Shown here one piece after another: positions 26,685 through 34,859 of a stretch of 38,871 nt of DNA (position 1 is the stretch's first letter; the number at the start of each line of letters is the position of its first letter). The notes beneath the pieces are model-generated. The model worked only from the letters and a program-made list of their open reading frames with translations, had not been told where the DNA came from and made no database searches. The position numbers were made by a program, and so were the translations under genes. Origin of the DNA: a virus (lineage: Duplodnaviria > Caudoviricetes); the IMG/VR virus record IMGVR_UViG_3300020042_012380, positions 1 to 38,871 of that record; one strand, given 5' to 3'.

Positions 26685-28997
26685 ATGGTTACAAGTATAG
26701 GCGGAGTTCCATTTGGATCAATATTATATATTGATGGTGTTTCTATTAATAACATAGTAAGTTATATGGGGACGACAATTACCCCACCAATCCCAAACTA
26801 TTACTATGCTGTAGGAAGTTTCGGTAGTTTTAATGCACCATCATTTAACCGATTCGTAGCAACAGATTTGTCAGGATCAATCGATACTACATTTAATATG
26901 GGGGCTGGATTTAATAGTACAGTACGATGTATGGCTACTCAATCCGACGGAAAAATAATAGTTGGCGGAGATTTTACAACATATAGTGGATCATCAACAA
27001 ATTATTTAATTCGACTTAATACTAATGGAACCAAAGACACAACATTTACTACACCAGTCTTAAATCAAGGCGTATATAGTGTTGCAATACAATCAGATAA
27101 TAATATTATAATTGGCGGTGCTTTTACAACGGTAAGTGGTGTAACATCTCCTAGACTAGCTAGATTAGCCAGTAATGGTACTCGCGATGCAACATTTAAT
27201 GTAGGAACTGCCGGAGCTGGTGCTATTGTTAGAGATATTAAAATACAATCTGATGGTAAAGTAATTGCAGTTGGAGATTTTGTAGCGTATAGTGGATCAA
27301 CTAGAAATAGAATAGTTCGACTAAATACTAACGGAACATATGATACAACATTTGTTACGGGAACAGGTTTAGGTAATAATGCCGTTAACGCAAACATCCA
27401 ATCAGACGGAAAAATACTAGTCGTTGGAGCATTTGCATCATATTCGGGTTCAACTAATAATTATATAGTTCGTATTAATCCAGATGGCACTAAAGATACA
27501 TCATTTACCATAGGTACTGGATTTAACAGTACTGTTTCGATATCGAACTTACGATCTGATGGAAAATTAATGGTTGCCGGTGCTTTTACAACATATAGCG
27601 GATCTTCAAGAAATTTTATTGCTAGATTAAACTCAGATGGTACTGTTGATACTGGATTTAATGTTGGTACTGGTTTAAATACCGGTTGGGCTGGTGGATT
27701 AAACAATTCAATTGCATTTGATTTGGAAAATAATACATATTTAGCATCAGATAATTTATCATATAGTGGTTCATTTGTGCCTCGTATCTTTAAAGTTAAA
27801 GATAATGGAACTTTAGACTTGACCTATAATCCAGGAATTGGTTTAAGTAGATTTGCAATTGCAAATTTAATCTCAGGAAGTCGTTTATATACAGCAGGAA
27901 CATTTGTAAATTACCAAACCCCGGGTGCACCGGGCATAGCAATGATATCTGATTCTGCTACACTATCTTCATCATTTAATCCTGGCATAGGTTTTAATGG
28001 GGATGTTTATACGATTGCTCGACAATCTGATGGAAAAGTAATAACCGGAGGAGCATTTACTTCATATAGCGGTTCTACATCTACGCGATTAGTTCGTATA
28101 AATACTAACGGAACTTTAGACGCAACATTTAACGTAGGTACCGCTGGTGCTACAAATATTGTACAAGATTTAGCTTTACAAACAGATGGTAAAGTTATTG
28201 CCGGAGGGCAATTCACAACATATAGTGGTTCATCAACATCAACCACGCGTTTGATGCGTCTTAATACAAATGGTACCCAAGATTTAACTTACAATACAGG
28301 TGTAGGTTTAAATGCAACTGTATATACAGTATTACCAACCGCCGATGGTAAAGTACTCGTATTAGGAGTGTTTACAACATATAGTGGCTCGACGGTTAAT
28401 TACATAACACGTACTAATGCAAATGGTACCCGCGATACTGGATTTAATACCGGAACTGGATTTAATGGAGTCGGATATACCGCAGTAACCCAATCAGACG
28501 GCAAATATATTGTTGGCGGTAACTTTAGCACATACAGTGGATCGTCTGCTAATCGCGGAATAGCACGACTTAATACTGATGGCACACTTGATCTTACATT
28601 AAATGATGGGGCAGGATTTAACCAACTAGTATCAGCAGTAGCAATGCAATCAGATGGTAAAATTATTGCCGGAGGAAATTTTACAACATATAGTGGATCA
28701 TCGATTAATCGAATTGCGAGATTAAACAGCAATGGCACGCTTGATACAACATTTAATGTAGGAACTGGCATAGACACCCAAGTAGCGACAAATGGAATAA
28801 CAGTAGATGCAGATGGAATTATTTATTGTGTTGGAAATTTTACAACCTATAGCAGTTCAGCAGTGCAAGGTATAGTAGCTATCAACCCCAATGGAACCAT
28901 CAACCAAACATTTTACTCAGGCTTAACTGCATCATTTAATGGCACTGGCCGAGGATTTACTATTAATGAAACTGCATATAGATTAATACCAGCATAA
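26685..28997 (+). CDS. Delta-60 repeat (DUF5122-like) beta-propeller protein, probably a virion receptor-binding/adhesin protein
   Basis: About 13-14 repeats of ~54 aa with consensus QSDGKIIVGGxFTTYSGS..NRIARLNTNGTLDxTFNVGTG; no obvious signal peptide. Confidence 0.85.
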   Translation: MVTSIGGVPFGSILYIDGVSINNIVSYMGTTITPPIPNYYYAVGSFGSFNAPSFNRFVATDLSGSIDTTFNMGAGFNSTVRCMATQSDGKIIVGGDFTTYSGSSTNYLIRLNTNGTKDTTFTTPVLNQGVYSVAIQSDNNIIIGGAFTTVSGVTSPRLARLASNGTRDATFNVGTAGAGAIVRDIKIQSDGKVIAVGDFVAYSGSTRNRIVRLNTNGTYDTTFVTGTGLGNNAVNANIQSDGKILVVGAFASYSGSTNNYIVRINPDGTKDTSFTIGTGFNSTVSISNLRSDGKLMVAGAFTTYSGSSRNFIARLNSDGTVDTGFNVGTGLNTGWAGGLNNSIAFDLENNTYLASDNLSYSGSFVPRIFKVKDNGTLDLTYNPGIGLSRFAIANLISGSRLYTAGTFVNYQTPGAPGIAMISDSATLSSSFNPGIGFNGDVYTIARQSDGKVITGGAFTSYSGSTSTRLVRINTNGTLDATFNVGTAGATNIVQDLALQTDGKVIAGGQFTTYSGSSTSTTRLMRLNTNGTQDLTYNTGVGLNATVYTVLPTADGKVLVLGVFTTYSGSTVNYITRTNANGTRDTGFNTGTGFNGVGYTAVTQSDGKYIVGGNFSTYSGSSANRGIARLNTDGTLDLTLNDGAGFNQLVSAVAMQSDGKIIAGGNFTTYSGSSINRIARLNSNGTLDTTFNVGTGIDTQVATNGITVDADGIIYCVGNFTTYSSSAVQGIVAINPNGTINQTFYSGLTASFNGTGRGFTINETAYRLIPA

Positions 28998-29009
28998 AAA
29001 ATAAAAACT

Positions 29010-29243
29010 ATGACACTTAAAGAATTTTTAGAAACAAACACAATTTCTGCCGTTGATGTAGTTAACGGTTTTAATTTAATTATCAACGTTTATGTTGAAG
29101 AATCTATCTATGGTTTAAAAGTAGATACCTCAAACATACCAGCAGGCACTCTTTTAACTAAACGAGAAGATTGTACTTTAAACGGAGATACCCTTTCAAT
29201 AGACAATATTTCTCTTGACATAAGTAAAACTGAAATGCTTTAA
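29010..29243 (+). CDS. Hypothetical protein
   Basis: 77-aa ORF at the end of the fibre operon, before a terminator. Confidence 0.6.
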   Translation: MTLKEFLETNTISAVDVVNGFNLIINVYVEESIYGLKVDTSNIPAGTLLTKREDCTLNGDTLSIDNISLDISKTEML

Positions 29244-29248
29244 AAAAA

Positions 29249-29280
29249 CTTGGCTCCTTAAAGGAGCTTTTTTATATTTA
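29249..29280 (+). promoter_or_regulatory. Bacteroidota-type -33/-7 promoter (CTTGG-N19-TATATTTA) overlapping a terminator
   Basis: TTG 29250-29252, 20-nt spacer, TATATTTA 29273-29280. Confidence 0.65.
29253..29273 (+). terminator. Rho-independent terminator
   Basis: GCTCCT-TAA-AGGAGC hairpin followed by T6. Confidence 0.7.
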
Positions 29281-29294
29281 GAGAAAAATAGGTT

Positions 29295-29798
29295 ATGTTA
29301 TATAAAACGTCTGACAAAGATATTGTTTACAAAGAAATCAAAAAACTACAACCACTAAACTACAATCAATTTAGATGGTGGAGACGTTTTGACACCAAAA
29401 CAAAACCACTTCCCAAAGGTGCTACGTTTTTACAACGTATTCAAAATGGTGAATTTGAATTTTCACACTATTTTTGGCAATGGAAACTTACCGAAATTGA
29501 ATTGAATGATTTGCATGAACTATACAATGGTGATGTTCAAAAAATGCTTGAAAAAAACGGAGTTGATTTTGCTCGTAGAAAACGTTTGATGGAAGATTTC
29601 AACAAAGACGAAGCCGACCGACTAGAAGCACTTAAAAATGGTTTTTTACGTGAATTTGAGATGACGTCTGACGACTATGAAAATAGCCTTTTAAAATTTG
29701 ATGGGACTACTGAAGAATTTTATGTATATTGTTTGAAAAATTTTGATCGATCTGGTAGACCAATTGAAAGACGTGGTCGCCCTAAAAAAATTGTATGA
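29295..29798 (+). CDS. Hypothetical protein with a C-terminal AT-hook-like motif
   Basis: 167 aa, ends GRPIERRGRPKKIV. Confidence 0.7.
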   Translation: MLYKTSDKDIVYKEIKKLQPLNYNQFRWWRRFDTKTKPLPKGATFLQRIQNGEFEFSHYFWQWKLTEIELNDLHELYNGDVQKMLEKNGVDFARRKRLMEDFNKDEADRLEALKNGFLREFEMTSDDYENSLLKFDGTTEEFYVYCLKNFDRSGRPIERRGRPKKIV

Positions 29799-30196
29799 GA
29801 ATAGGAGTTATAGCAGGAAATTTTGATGTGACCCACCCAGGGTACATCTATATGTTTAATGAATGTAAAAAATACTGTAATTATCTTATAGTACTATTAC
29901 ACGAAGATCCAACAAATGAAAGACCAGAAAAATTAAAACCAATTTTATCTGTCGAAGAAAGACTATTAATTTTATATTCGCTTAAACAGGTAAACCTAGT
30001 TATGACCTATAAAACAGAAGCAGAACTTTATGACATTTTAGATGAAATGAATCCTGATGTTCGCTTTTTAGGGGACGATTACATTGGTAAACCATTTACA
30101 GGAAATGATTTAGATATCCCAATCCATTACTTAAACAGAGACCATGGTTGGTCAACAACAAAGTACAAACAATTAATAGCAGACAGTTTAAAATGA
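29795..30196 (+). CDS. Cytidylyltransferase-family protein (TagD/RfaE-like)
   Basis: AGNFDVTHPGY (HxGH-like), KPILSVEER, GDDY, RDHGWSTT motifs. Confidence 0.85.
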   Translation: MRIGVIAGNFDVTHPGYIYMFNECKKYCNYLIVLLHEDPTNERPEKLKPILSVEERLLILYSLKQVNLVMTYKTEAELYDILDEMNPDVRFLGDDYIGKPFTGNDLDIPIHYLNRDHGWSTTKYKQLIADSLK

Positions 30197-30900
30197 AAAA
30201 CATTCAATGGTCAGGATATGAATGGCTTCCCCAAGAACGATGGGGACAAATCCACCCAGGAAAACCAATTTGTTGGTACGATTCTACAGCTATACAAGTA
30301 AACAGTGAAAGTGAAATTGTATTAAAAACACACTACAACCCACAACAATTTGATGATGTAATTTCACCAATTGGAGTAGGGTTGATTTCATGTACTGAAA
30401 AATTTAGTTATGGAACTTTTAGTATAGAAGCTAAACTACCTAAAGGACCATATTTATGGCCTGCTTTTTGGATGTATGCTTGGGAATCTTGGCCACCTGA
30501 AATAGATGTGTTTGAAGCATATTCAAATAGTAGATCAAGTTATTTTAATTGGGATTGGAGAAGTTTATTCGGTAAACTATGGAGAGTAGAAACCAACATA
30601 CATTTAGGTAAAACCCCTAACAATTACAGTTTAGGAGCCCAACCAGAATACATCGGCTTTACTTCCCCAACAGAAAAATTTAACACATATACAGTTGATT
30701 GGACACCAACTTACATCAAAATATACTACAATAACAAACTAGTTAGGCAAGTAACAGACCCAGATGTGCTAAAACAACTTGAAGGAAAAACTATGAACGT
30801 GATTGTAAACAATGGTGTTCAAAACTCATACCCCCTTGACAGTAACTTACAAACCGAATTAATAGCACGTAATTTTAGATATATCCCATATGAACAATAA
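30193..30900 (+). CDS. Glycoside hydrolase family 16 protein
   Basis: FSYGTFSIEAKLP...LWPAFWM...WPPEIDVFE (ExDxxE) catalytic motif; YTVDWTP; ATG 30193. Confidence 0.88.
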   Translation: MKNIQWSGYEWLPQERWGQIHPGKPICWYDSTAIQVNSESEIVLKTHYNPQQFDDVISPIGVGLISCTEKFSYGTFSIEAKLPKGPYLWPAFWMYAWESWPPEIDVFEAYSNSRSSYFNWDWRSLFGKLWRVETNIHLGKTPNNYSLGAQPEYIGFTSPTEKFNTYTVDWTPTYIKIYYNNKLVRQVTDPDVLKQLEGKTMNVIVNNGVQNSYPLDSNLQTELIARNFRYIPYEQ

Positions 30901-31510
30901 AGTTGAATTACTAGGATATTATGGAGATGATCTAATCCATGCCTGCTCAGCTTGGACAAGTACATCTCGAGAACTTACCCCTGAAAAAATAGAACGTGTA
31001 CCTAAACTATTAACAATGTTAGCAAGTGAAGGACACCACACTCCATTTGAAAAATCTAGTTTACACTTTTTAGTGACAGTAGATCAAGCAACTCACATTC
31101 ACTTACTTAAACATAGAATTGGAGTCTCTATTAATGGTGAAAGTGCTAGATATAAAGAATTAAAAGAAGATAAAACATATTTACCTTCAGATTGGCCTGA
31201 AAGATGGGACACTGCATTACGTAATTTTACATATGAAGCAAATTCCCTTTACCATATGTGTTTAGAGGAATTAACTCCAATATTGGGTCGCAAACGTGCT
31301 AAAGAATCTGCTCGTTTCTTTAAAACATTCAACTCCCAAATTACTATGGACCTTATGTTTAATTGGAGAAGCTTTGCTCATTTTCAACAACTTAGAAACA
31401 GTGAACATGCTCAAGTTGAAGTAAGAGAATTAGCACAACAAATGTTAGAACTAGTTAAAAATATTGAAAACAACCCCTTTAAACACACAATAGAAGCATT
31501 TAAACTATGA
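30890..31510 (+). CDS. thyX: FAD-dependent thymidylate synthase
   Basis: GHHTPFE, LKHRIGVSINGESARY, ESARFF, NWRS...LRNSEHAQVEVR motifs. Confidence 0.92.
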   Translation: MNNKVELLGYYGDDLIHACSAWTSTSRELTPEKIERVPKLLTMLASEGHHTPFEKSSLHFLVTVDQATHIHLLKHRIGVSINGESARYKELKEDKTYLPSDWPERWDTALRNFTYEANSLYHMCLEELTPILGRKRAKESARFFKTFNSQITMDLMFNWRSFAHFQQLRNSEHAQVEVRELAQQMLELVKNIENNPFKHTIEAFKL

Positions 31511-31845
31511 GTAGAGACACTTCATGGGATGACCCAATTCTTTCAGATGGTGATTTTCCAACACATCCACAACAACCAAACCCAGTTAAACGAGTCCCTA
31601 ACAAATATCTTATTATAGGACTTGCTGCATTCATTTTAGAAACAGCATCTACTATGTACATTGCAACAGTAGCAGATCGTAGTATTGCAATGATATTTTG
31701 GGCATTTATTGGACCATTTTTAGGTCTACCATTTGTAGGGTACATGGTTGAATCAAAATCATGGCCTGATCGATTCAAAATGGCATTAGCATCTTCTATT
31801 GGTTATGTAATAGGAGCAACAATTATTTACATCTTAAACATTTAA
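31507..31845 (+). CDS. Hypothetical membrane protein (about 3 TM)
   Basis: 112 aa with three hydrophobic segments; ATGA overlap with thyX. Confidence 0.7.
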   Translation: MSRDTSWDDPILSDGDFPTHPQQPNPVKRVPNKYLIIGLAAFILETASTMYIATVADRSIAMIFWAFIGPFLGLPFVGYMVESKSWPDRFKMALASSIGYVIGATIIYILNI

Positions 31846-31847
31846 AA

Positions 31848-32177
31848 ATGGCAAAAATAGCCCGTTATAAACGAATATACCTTGAATACAAAAATGCTTC
31901 CAAACAAGAAGTTTGGGAAGGAGTTAGAGACAATTTTATTTGGGGATTTTTAGGTTCTACTCTTATAGTATTTGCTACTACAAAAATAGATATAGCTGTT
32001 TTACTATCTTATTTAGCATACTACTTTTATGTAGGTAGAATTGTTAACAGACCAAAATATGTAACTGATTTAGGTAAACTAATAGTTTTTCCATTTCCAA
32101 CAGCTTTAGGGGCATTTGTAGGTTACAAAGTAAGTTATCTTTTTAGCTCATTTATTGTAAAATATTTGGCTGGTTAA
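31848..32177 (+). CDS. Hypothetical membrane protein (about 3 TM)
   Basis: 109 aa with hydrophobic segments. Confidence 0.7.
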   Translation: MAKIARYKRIYLEYKNASKQEVWEGVRDNFIWGFLGSTLIVFATTKIDIAVLLSYLAYYFYVGRIVNRPKYVTDLGKLIVFPFPTALGAFVGYKVSYLFSSFIVKYLAG

Positions 32178-32196
32178 AAATTCTTTTGTATATTAA
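32165..32196 (+). promoter_or_regulatory. Bacteroidota-type -33/-7 promoter (TTTGG-N19-TATATTAA)
   Basis: TTG 32166-32168, 20-nt spacer, TATATTAA 32189-32196. Confidence 0.65.
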
Positions 32197-32215
32197 ACAT
32201 ATAAAAATAAGAGTT

Positions 32216-32536
32216 ATGACGTTTAAGACAAAAGCAAAAAGCCAATTCAAGTTATTTTTGAGGCGTTTAGGTTTCCTTTGTAGAAAACCAACTAAAACAA
32301 CTCGACGTCTTCGAGTAGTCAAAACCCTTAATCCTAATGGCACTATAACAGAATATAATTCACCTATTTTTAAAATGCCTGAAAACACTTATGGTATTGA
32401 ATCTGAAATCCATGTGTACCTAGAAGAAAAAAAATTATCGAATCCAAATTGTAAATTTGATACAAATGCAAAAACCTGTATTTGTGGAAAAACAATGGAA
32501 GAATTTTTAATAGGCCAATGCCGCAATAAAAAGTAA
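32216..32536 (+). CDS. Hypothetical basic protein with a Cys-rich C-terminus
   Basis: Start moved to GAGTT-ATG 32216 because the track start lies inside the promoter; C..CICG...C tail. Confidence 0.6.
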   Translation: MTFKTKAKSQFKLFLRRLGFLCRKPTKTTRRLRVVKTLNPNGTITEYNSPIFKMPENTYGIESEIHVYLEEKKLSNPNCKFDTNAKTCICGKTMEEFLIGQCRNKK

Positions 32537-32554
32537 TCCCTTAAAATAAGTTAT

Positions 32555-32872
32555 ATGAAAACAGTTTTGACAAAAGAACAAGTAATGGTAACCCTTAAAA
32601 AAGTATTTAGCTATTTAATTATAGCAGGAGCCCTAGTAGCAGGATTTGGAATTGGAAGATTTACCCAATCATACCCACCATCAAAAAAATCAAACCCATA
32701 TCAAGCAATCCATTCAATTAAAAATGTTTCAATTGCAGTAAATGAAAGCAATGAATTGATGCTCATAGACCGAAGTACAGGAAAATATCAAATGTATTCA
32801 GATTCTATTGGTGTAGCTATTTTTAAAATGTATTCAAACCGAATTTACCAAAATGCTAGCTCGAATGAGTAA
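32555..32872 (+). CDS. Hypothetical single-TM membrane protein
   Basis: N-terminal TM (YLIIAGALVAGFGIG); overlaps the start of the transglycosylase gene. Confidence 0.65.
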   Translation: MKTVLTKEQVMVTLKKVFSYLIIAGALVAGFGIGRFTQSYPPSKKSNPYQAIHSIKNVSIAVNESNELMLIDRSTGKYQMYSDSIGVAIFKMYSNRIYQNASSNE

Positions 32873-33383
32873 ATTGAAATTTTTAGGTATAGCCGCTATT
32901 GCTTTAGCGGTTATATCTTCCTTTAGGTTTGATCCACCTGAAGAAGTAAAACAACCACTGCGAGATATGTCTCCGGTTAAATCAACGGATCCACCATGTT
33001 TACAAATGTATTTCTATATTGAAAAATATGCAGACAGTTTTAACATACCAAAACGATATGCTTATGGAATTGCATTTGCAGAAACAAGATATAAAGGACC
33101 ATTCCATTGGAAATACAACCACGCACAAACGTCTTGTGTAGGCGCAGAAGGACCGATGCAAATTATGTTGCCCACAGCTCATGGAAATAATAAAGATAGA
33201 GTTTCTCGCGAACGTTTACGAACAGATATAGAATATAACGTGAGAACATCTATGAAATTGCTCCGTAAACTACACAACATTTATGGAAGCTGGAAACTTG
33301 TATTTGGGTGCTATAACACAGGAAGACCTTGTGTAAATGGATACGCAGAAAATGTATATAATCACAAAATAGATTGGAGATGA
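32865..33383 (+). CDS. Lytic transglycosylase (SLT domain) with an N-terminal signal/anchor
   Basis: GIAFAETRY (catalytic Glu), GAEGPMQIM, CYNTG motifs; hydrophobic N-terminus. Confidence 0.85.
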   Translation: MSKLKFLGIAAIALAVISSFRFDPPEEVKQPLRDMSPVKSTDPPCLQMYFYIEKYADSFNIPKRYAYGIAFAETRYKGPFHWKYNHAQTSCVGAEGPMQIMLPTAHGNNKDRVSRERLRTDIEYNVRTSMKLLRKLHNIYGSWKLVFGCYNTGRPCVNGYAENVYNHKIDWR

Positions 33384-33628
33384 GAAAAGTAGTTTGTATA
33401 AACGATAGAAAACAACCTGAAGGAGGAGAACTTGTTGAAGGAAAAGAATATGAAGTTGAGGAAGAGTTTACCAACAACTATGAACAAAAAACATTTGTTA
33501 TAGCAGGTATTAATAATTACGGAATGACCAAACTTGGAATGCGTTGGTATGGTTATGACGCAAAACGATTTGCAGATTTAGATGCTTTAGTAACAGAATC
33601 ATATGAACACGCTTATGCCTATAATTAA
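33374..33628 (+). CDS. Hypothetical protein
   Basis: 84-aa ORF; KVVCIND...LVEGKEYEV pattern of small SH3-like phage proteins. Confidence 0.65.
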   Translation: MEMRKVVCINDRKQPEGGELVEGKEYEVEEEFTNNYEQKTFVIAGINNYGMTKLGMRWYGYDAKRFADLDALVTESYEHAYAYN

Positions 33629-33629
33629 T

Positions 33630-34424
33630 ATGAAAAAAATAAAAATATCACACGAGGTACCATTTTGCCTCTTAGAAAAAAGTAGAGAATTTAACGACTA
33701 CGACTATTGTTTACCCCATTTAATGGATGAAAATGAAGAGTATCGTGATTTCTTCTACAAATCAAAAGAAATGGGTCGCTATATTGTAATGGATAATTCA
33801 CTTCACGAACTAGGTGAAGCATATGATTCAGACCGTTTAATATATTGGATAAATGAAATTAAACCAGATGAATTTATTGTACCTGATGTTTGGGAAGATG
33901 CAAAATTATCAATAGGTAACGCAAAACAATGGGCTCAAGTTAAACTTCCTGAAGGAGTATTAAAAGTTGCTGTAGTACAAGCAAAAAATACATGGGAAGC
34001 TGAAGACTGTGTACAAGCCTATAAAAACTTAGGATACAAGAAAATAGCATTTTCATATGGTGCAGAATATTATTATACAATGTGTCCACATCCAAATAAA
34101 GATTTAGGTAAAGCAATTGGACGATACATGGTTATTCATAAGTTATACAACAATAAAACATTAACTATGTTTGATCGTGTACATTTGCTTGGAACTGCTT
34201 CACCTATTGAATTTGGAATGTATAAAGATATTGAATGTATTGAATCTATAGATACTTCAAATCCAATTATGGCTGCAATTAGTGAAATGCCTTATACAAA
34301 AATGGGATTGTACATGAAACCAATTGCTAACATGAATAAATACCAAGATATGAGCATTGACTTCTTAAACGAAGATTTAGTAGAATATAATGTTGAAATG
34401 TTTAGACAAATAAATAAATTATAA
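33630..34424 (+). CDS. Divergent TGT-fold guanine transglycosylase (DpdA-like), candidate 7-deazaguanine insertion enzyme
   Basis: TIM-barrel TGT motifs in the expected order: IVMDNS, IVPDV, AVVQ, VHLLG, ESIDTS; lies just upstream of queC/queD/queE/folE. Confidence 0.7.
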   Translation: MKKIKISHEVPFCLLEKSREFNDYDYCLPHLMDENEEYRDFFYKSKEMGRYIVMDNSLHELGEAYDSDRLIYWINEIKPDEFIVPDVWEDAKLSIGNAKQWAQVKLPEGVLKVAVVQAKNTWEAEDCVQAYKNLGYKKIAFSYGAEYYYTMCPHPNKDLGKAIGRYMVIHKLYNNKTLTMFDRVHLLGTASPIEFGMYKDIECIESIDTSNPIMAAISEMPYTKMGLYMKPIANMNKYQDMSIDFLNEDLVEYNVEMFRQINKL

Positions 34425-34425
34425 A

Positions 34426-34683
34426 ATGGAATATTTAAGTTTATATGATTACCTAGGAAAGGCTGCAGGCCCAGAACTAGGTTTAGACGTATCTATGGCT
34501 GCTAAACAAGCAGGAATTGAAATTGGAAAAAAACAAATTTCAAACCCAGCATACATAGGTGAAATTCAACTGTACCCTAAAGATTTTCTTGAGTGGTACT
34601 TTAAAGAACCAGATTCTATCCATATGGAAGATTTACCTGGACAAATTAACACTGATATTGACGATGATGATTTACCTTTCTAG
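34426..34683 (+). CDS. Hypothetical protein with an acidic DDDDLPF tail
   Basis: 85-aa ORF; YLSLYDYLGKAAG...YP..FL. Confidence 0.7.
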   Translation: MEYLSLYDYLGKAAGPELGLDVSMAAKQAGIEIGKKQISNPAYIGEIQLYPKDFLEWYFKEPDSIHMEDLPGQINTDIDDDDLPF

Positions 34684-34685
34684 AT

Positions 34686-34859
34686 ATGGACAAATTAACG
34701 AAAGAAGAATTTGAAAAGTTTCGTGAAACTTGGAAAGAAGAATGGTACGATCATTGGAGACTCTTGGATATTGACTTTGAAATGTATATGTTGATGAGAG
34801 GATTAACCGAAGAACAATTTAAAAAATTAAATAACGACGAACTATGGAAAAACATGTAG
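34686..34859 (+). CDS. Small hypothetical protein (not in the ORF track)
   Basis: 57 aa MDKLTKEEFEKFRETWKEEWYDHWRLLDIDFEMYMLMRGLTEEQFKKLNNDELWKNM; fills the gap and overlaps the queC start. Confidence 0.6.
   Translation: MDKLTKEEFEKFRETWKEEWYDHWRLLDIDFEMYMLMRGLTEEQFKKLNNDELWKNM

Noticed and set aside
26685-28997. CRISPR array or diversity-generating retroelement repeats
   Set aside because: The repeats are degenerate in-frame protein repeats with synonymous variation; there are no constant repeat/unique spacer units, no adenine-specific TR/VR pair and no reverse transcriptase in the window.
2927-33477. Minus-strand ORFs in the track (e.g. 4058-4567, 16735-17055, 20657-21136, 23222-23410, 27065-28777)
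   Set aside because: They are antisense shadows of well-supported + strand genes with no recognisable motifs; only 21881-22975 is real coding-derived sequence.
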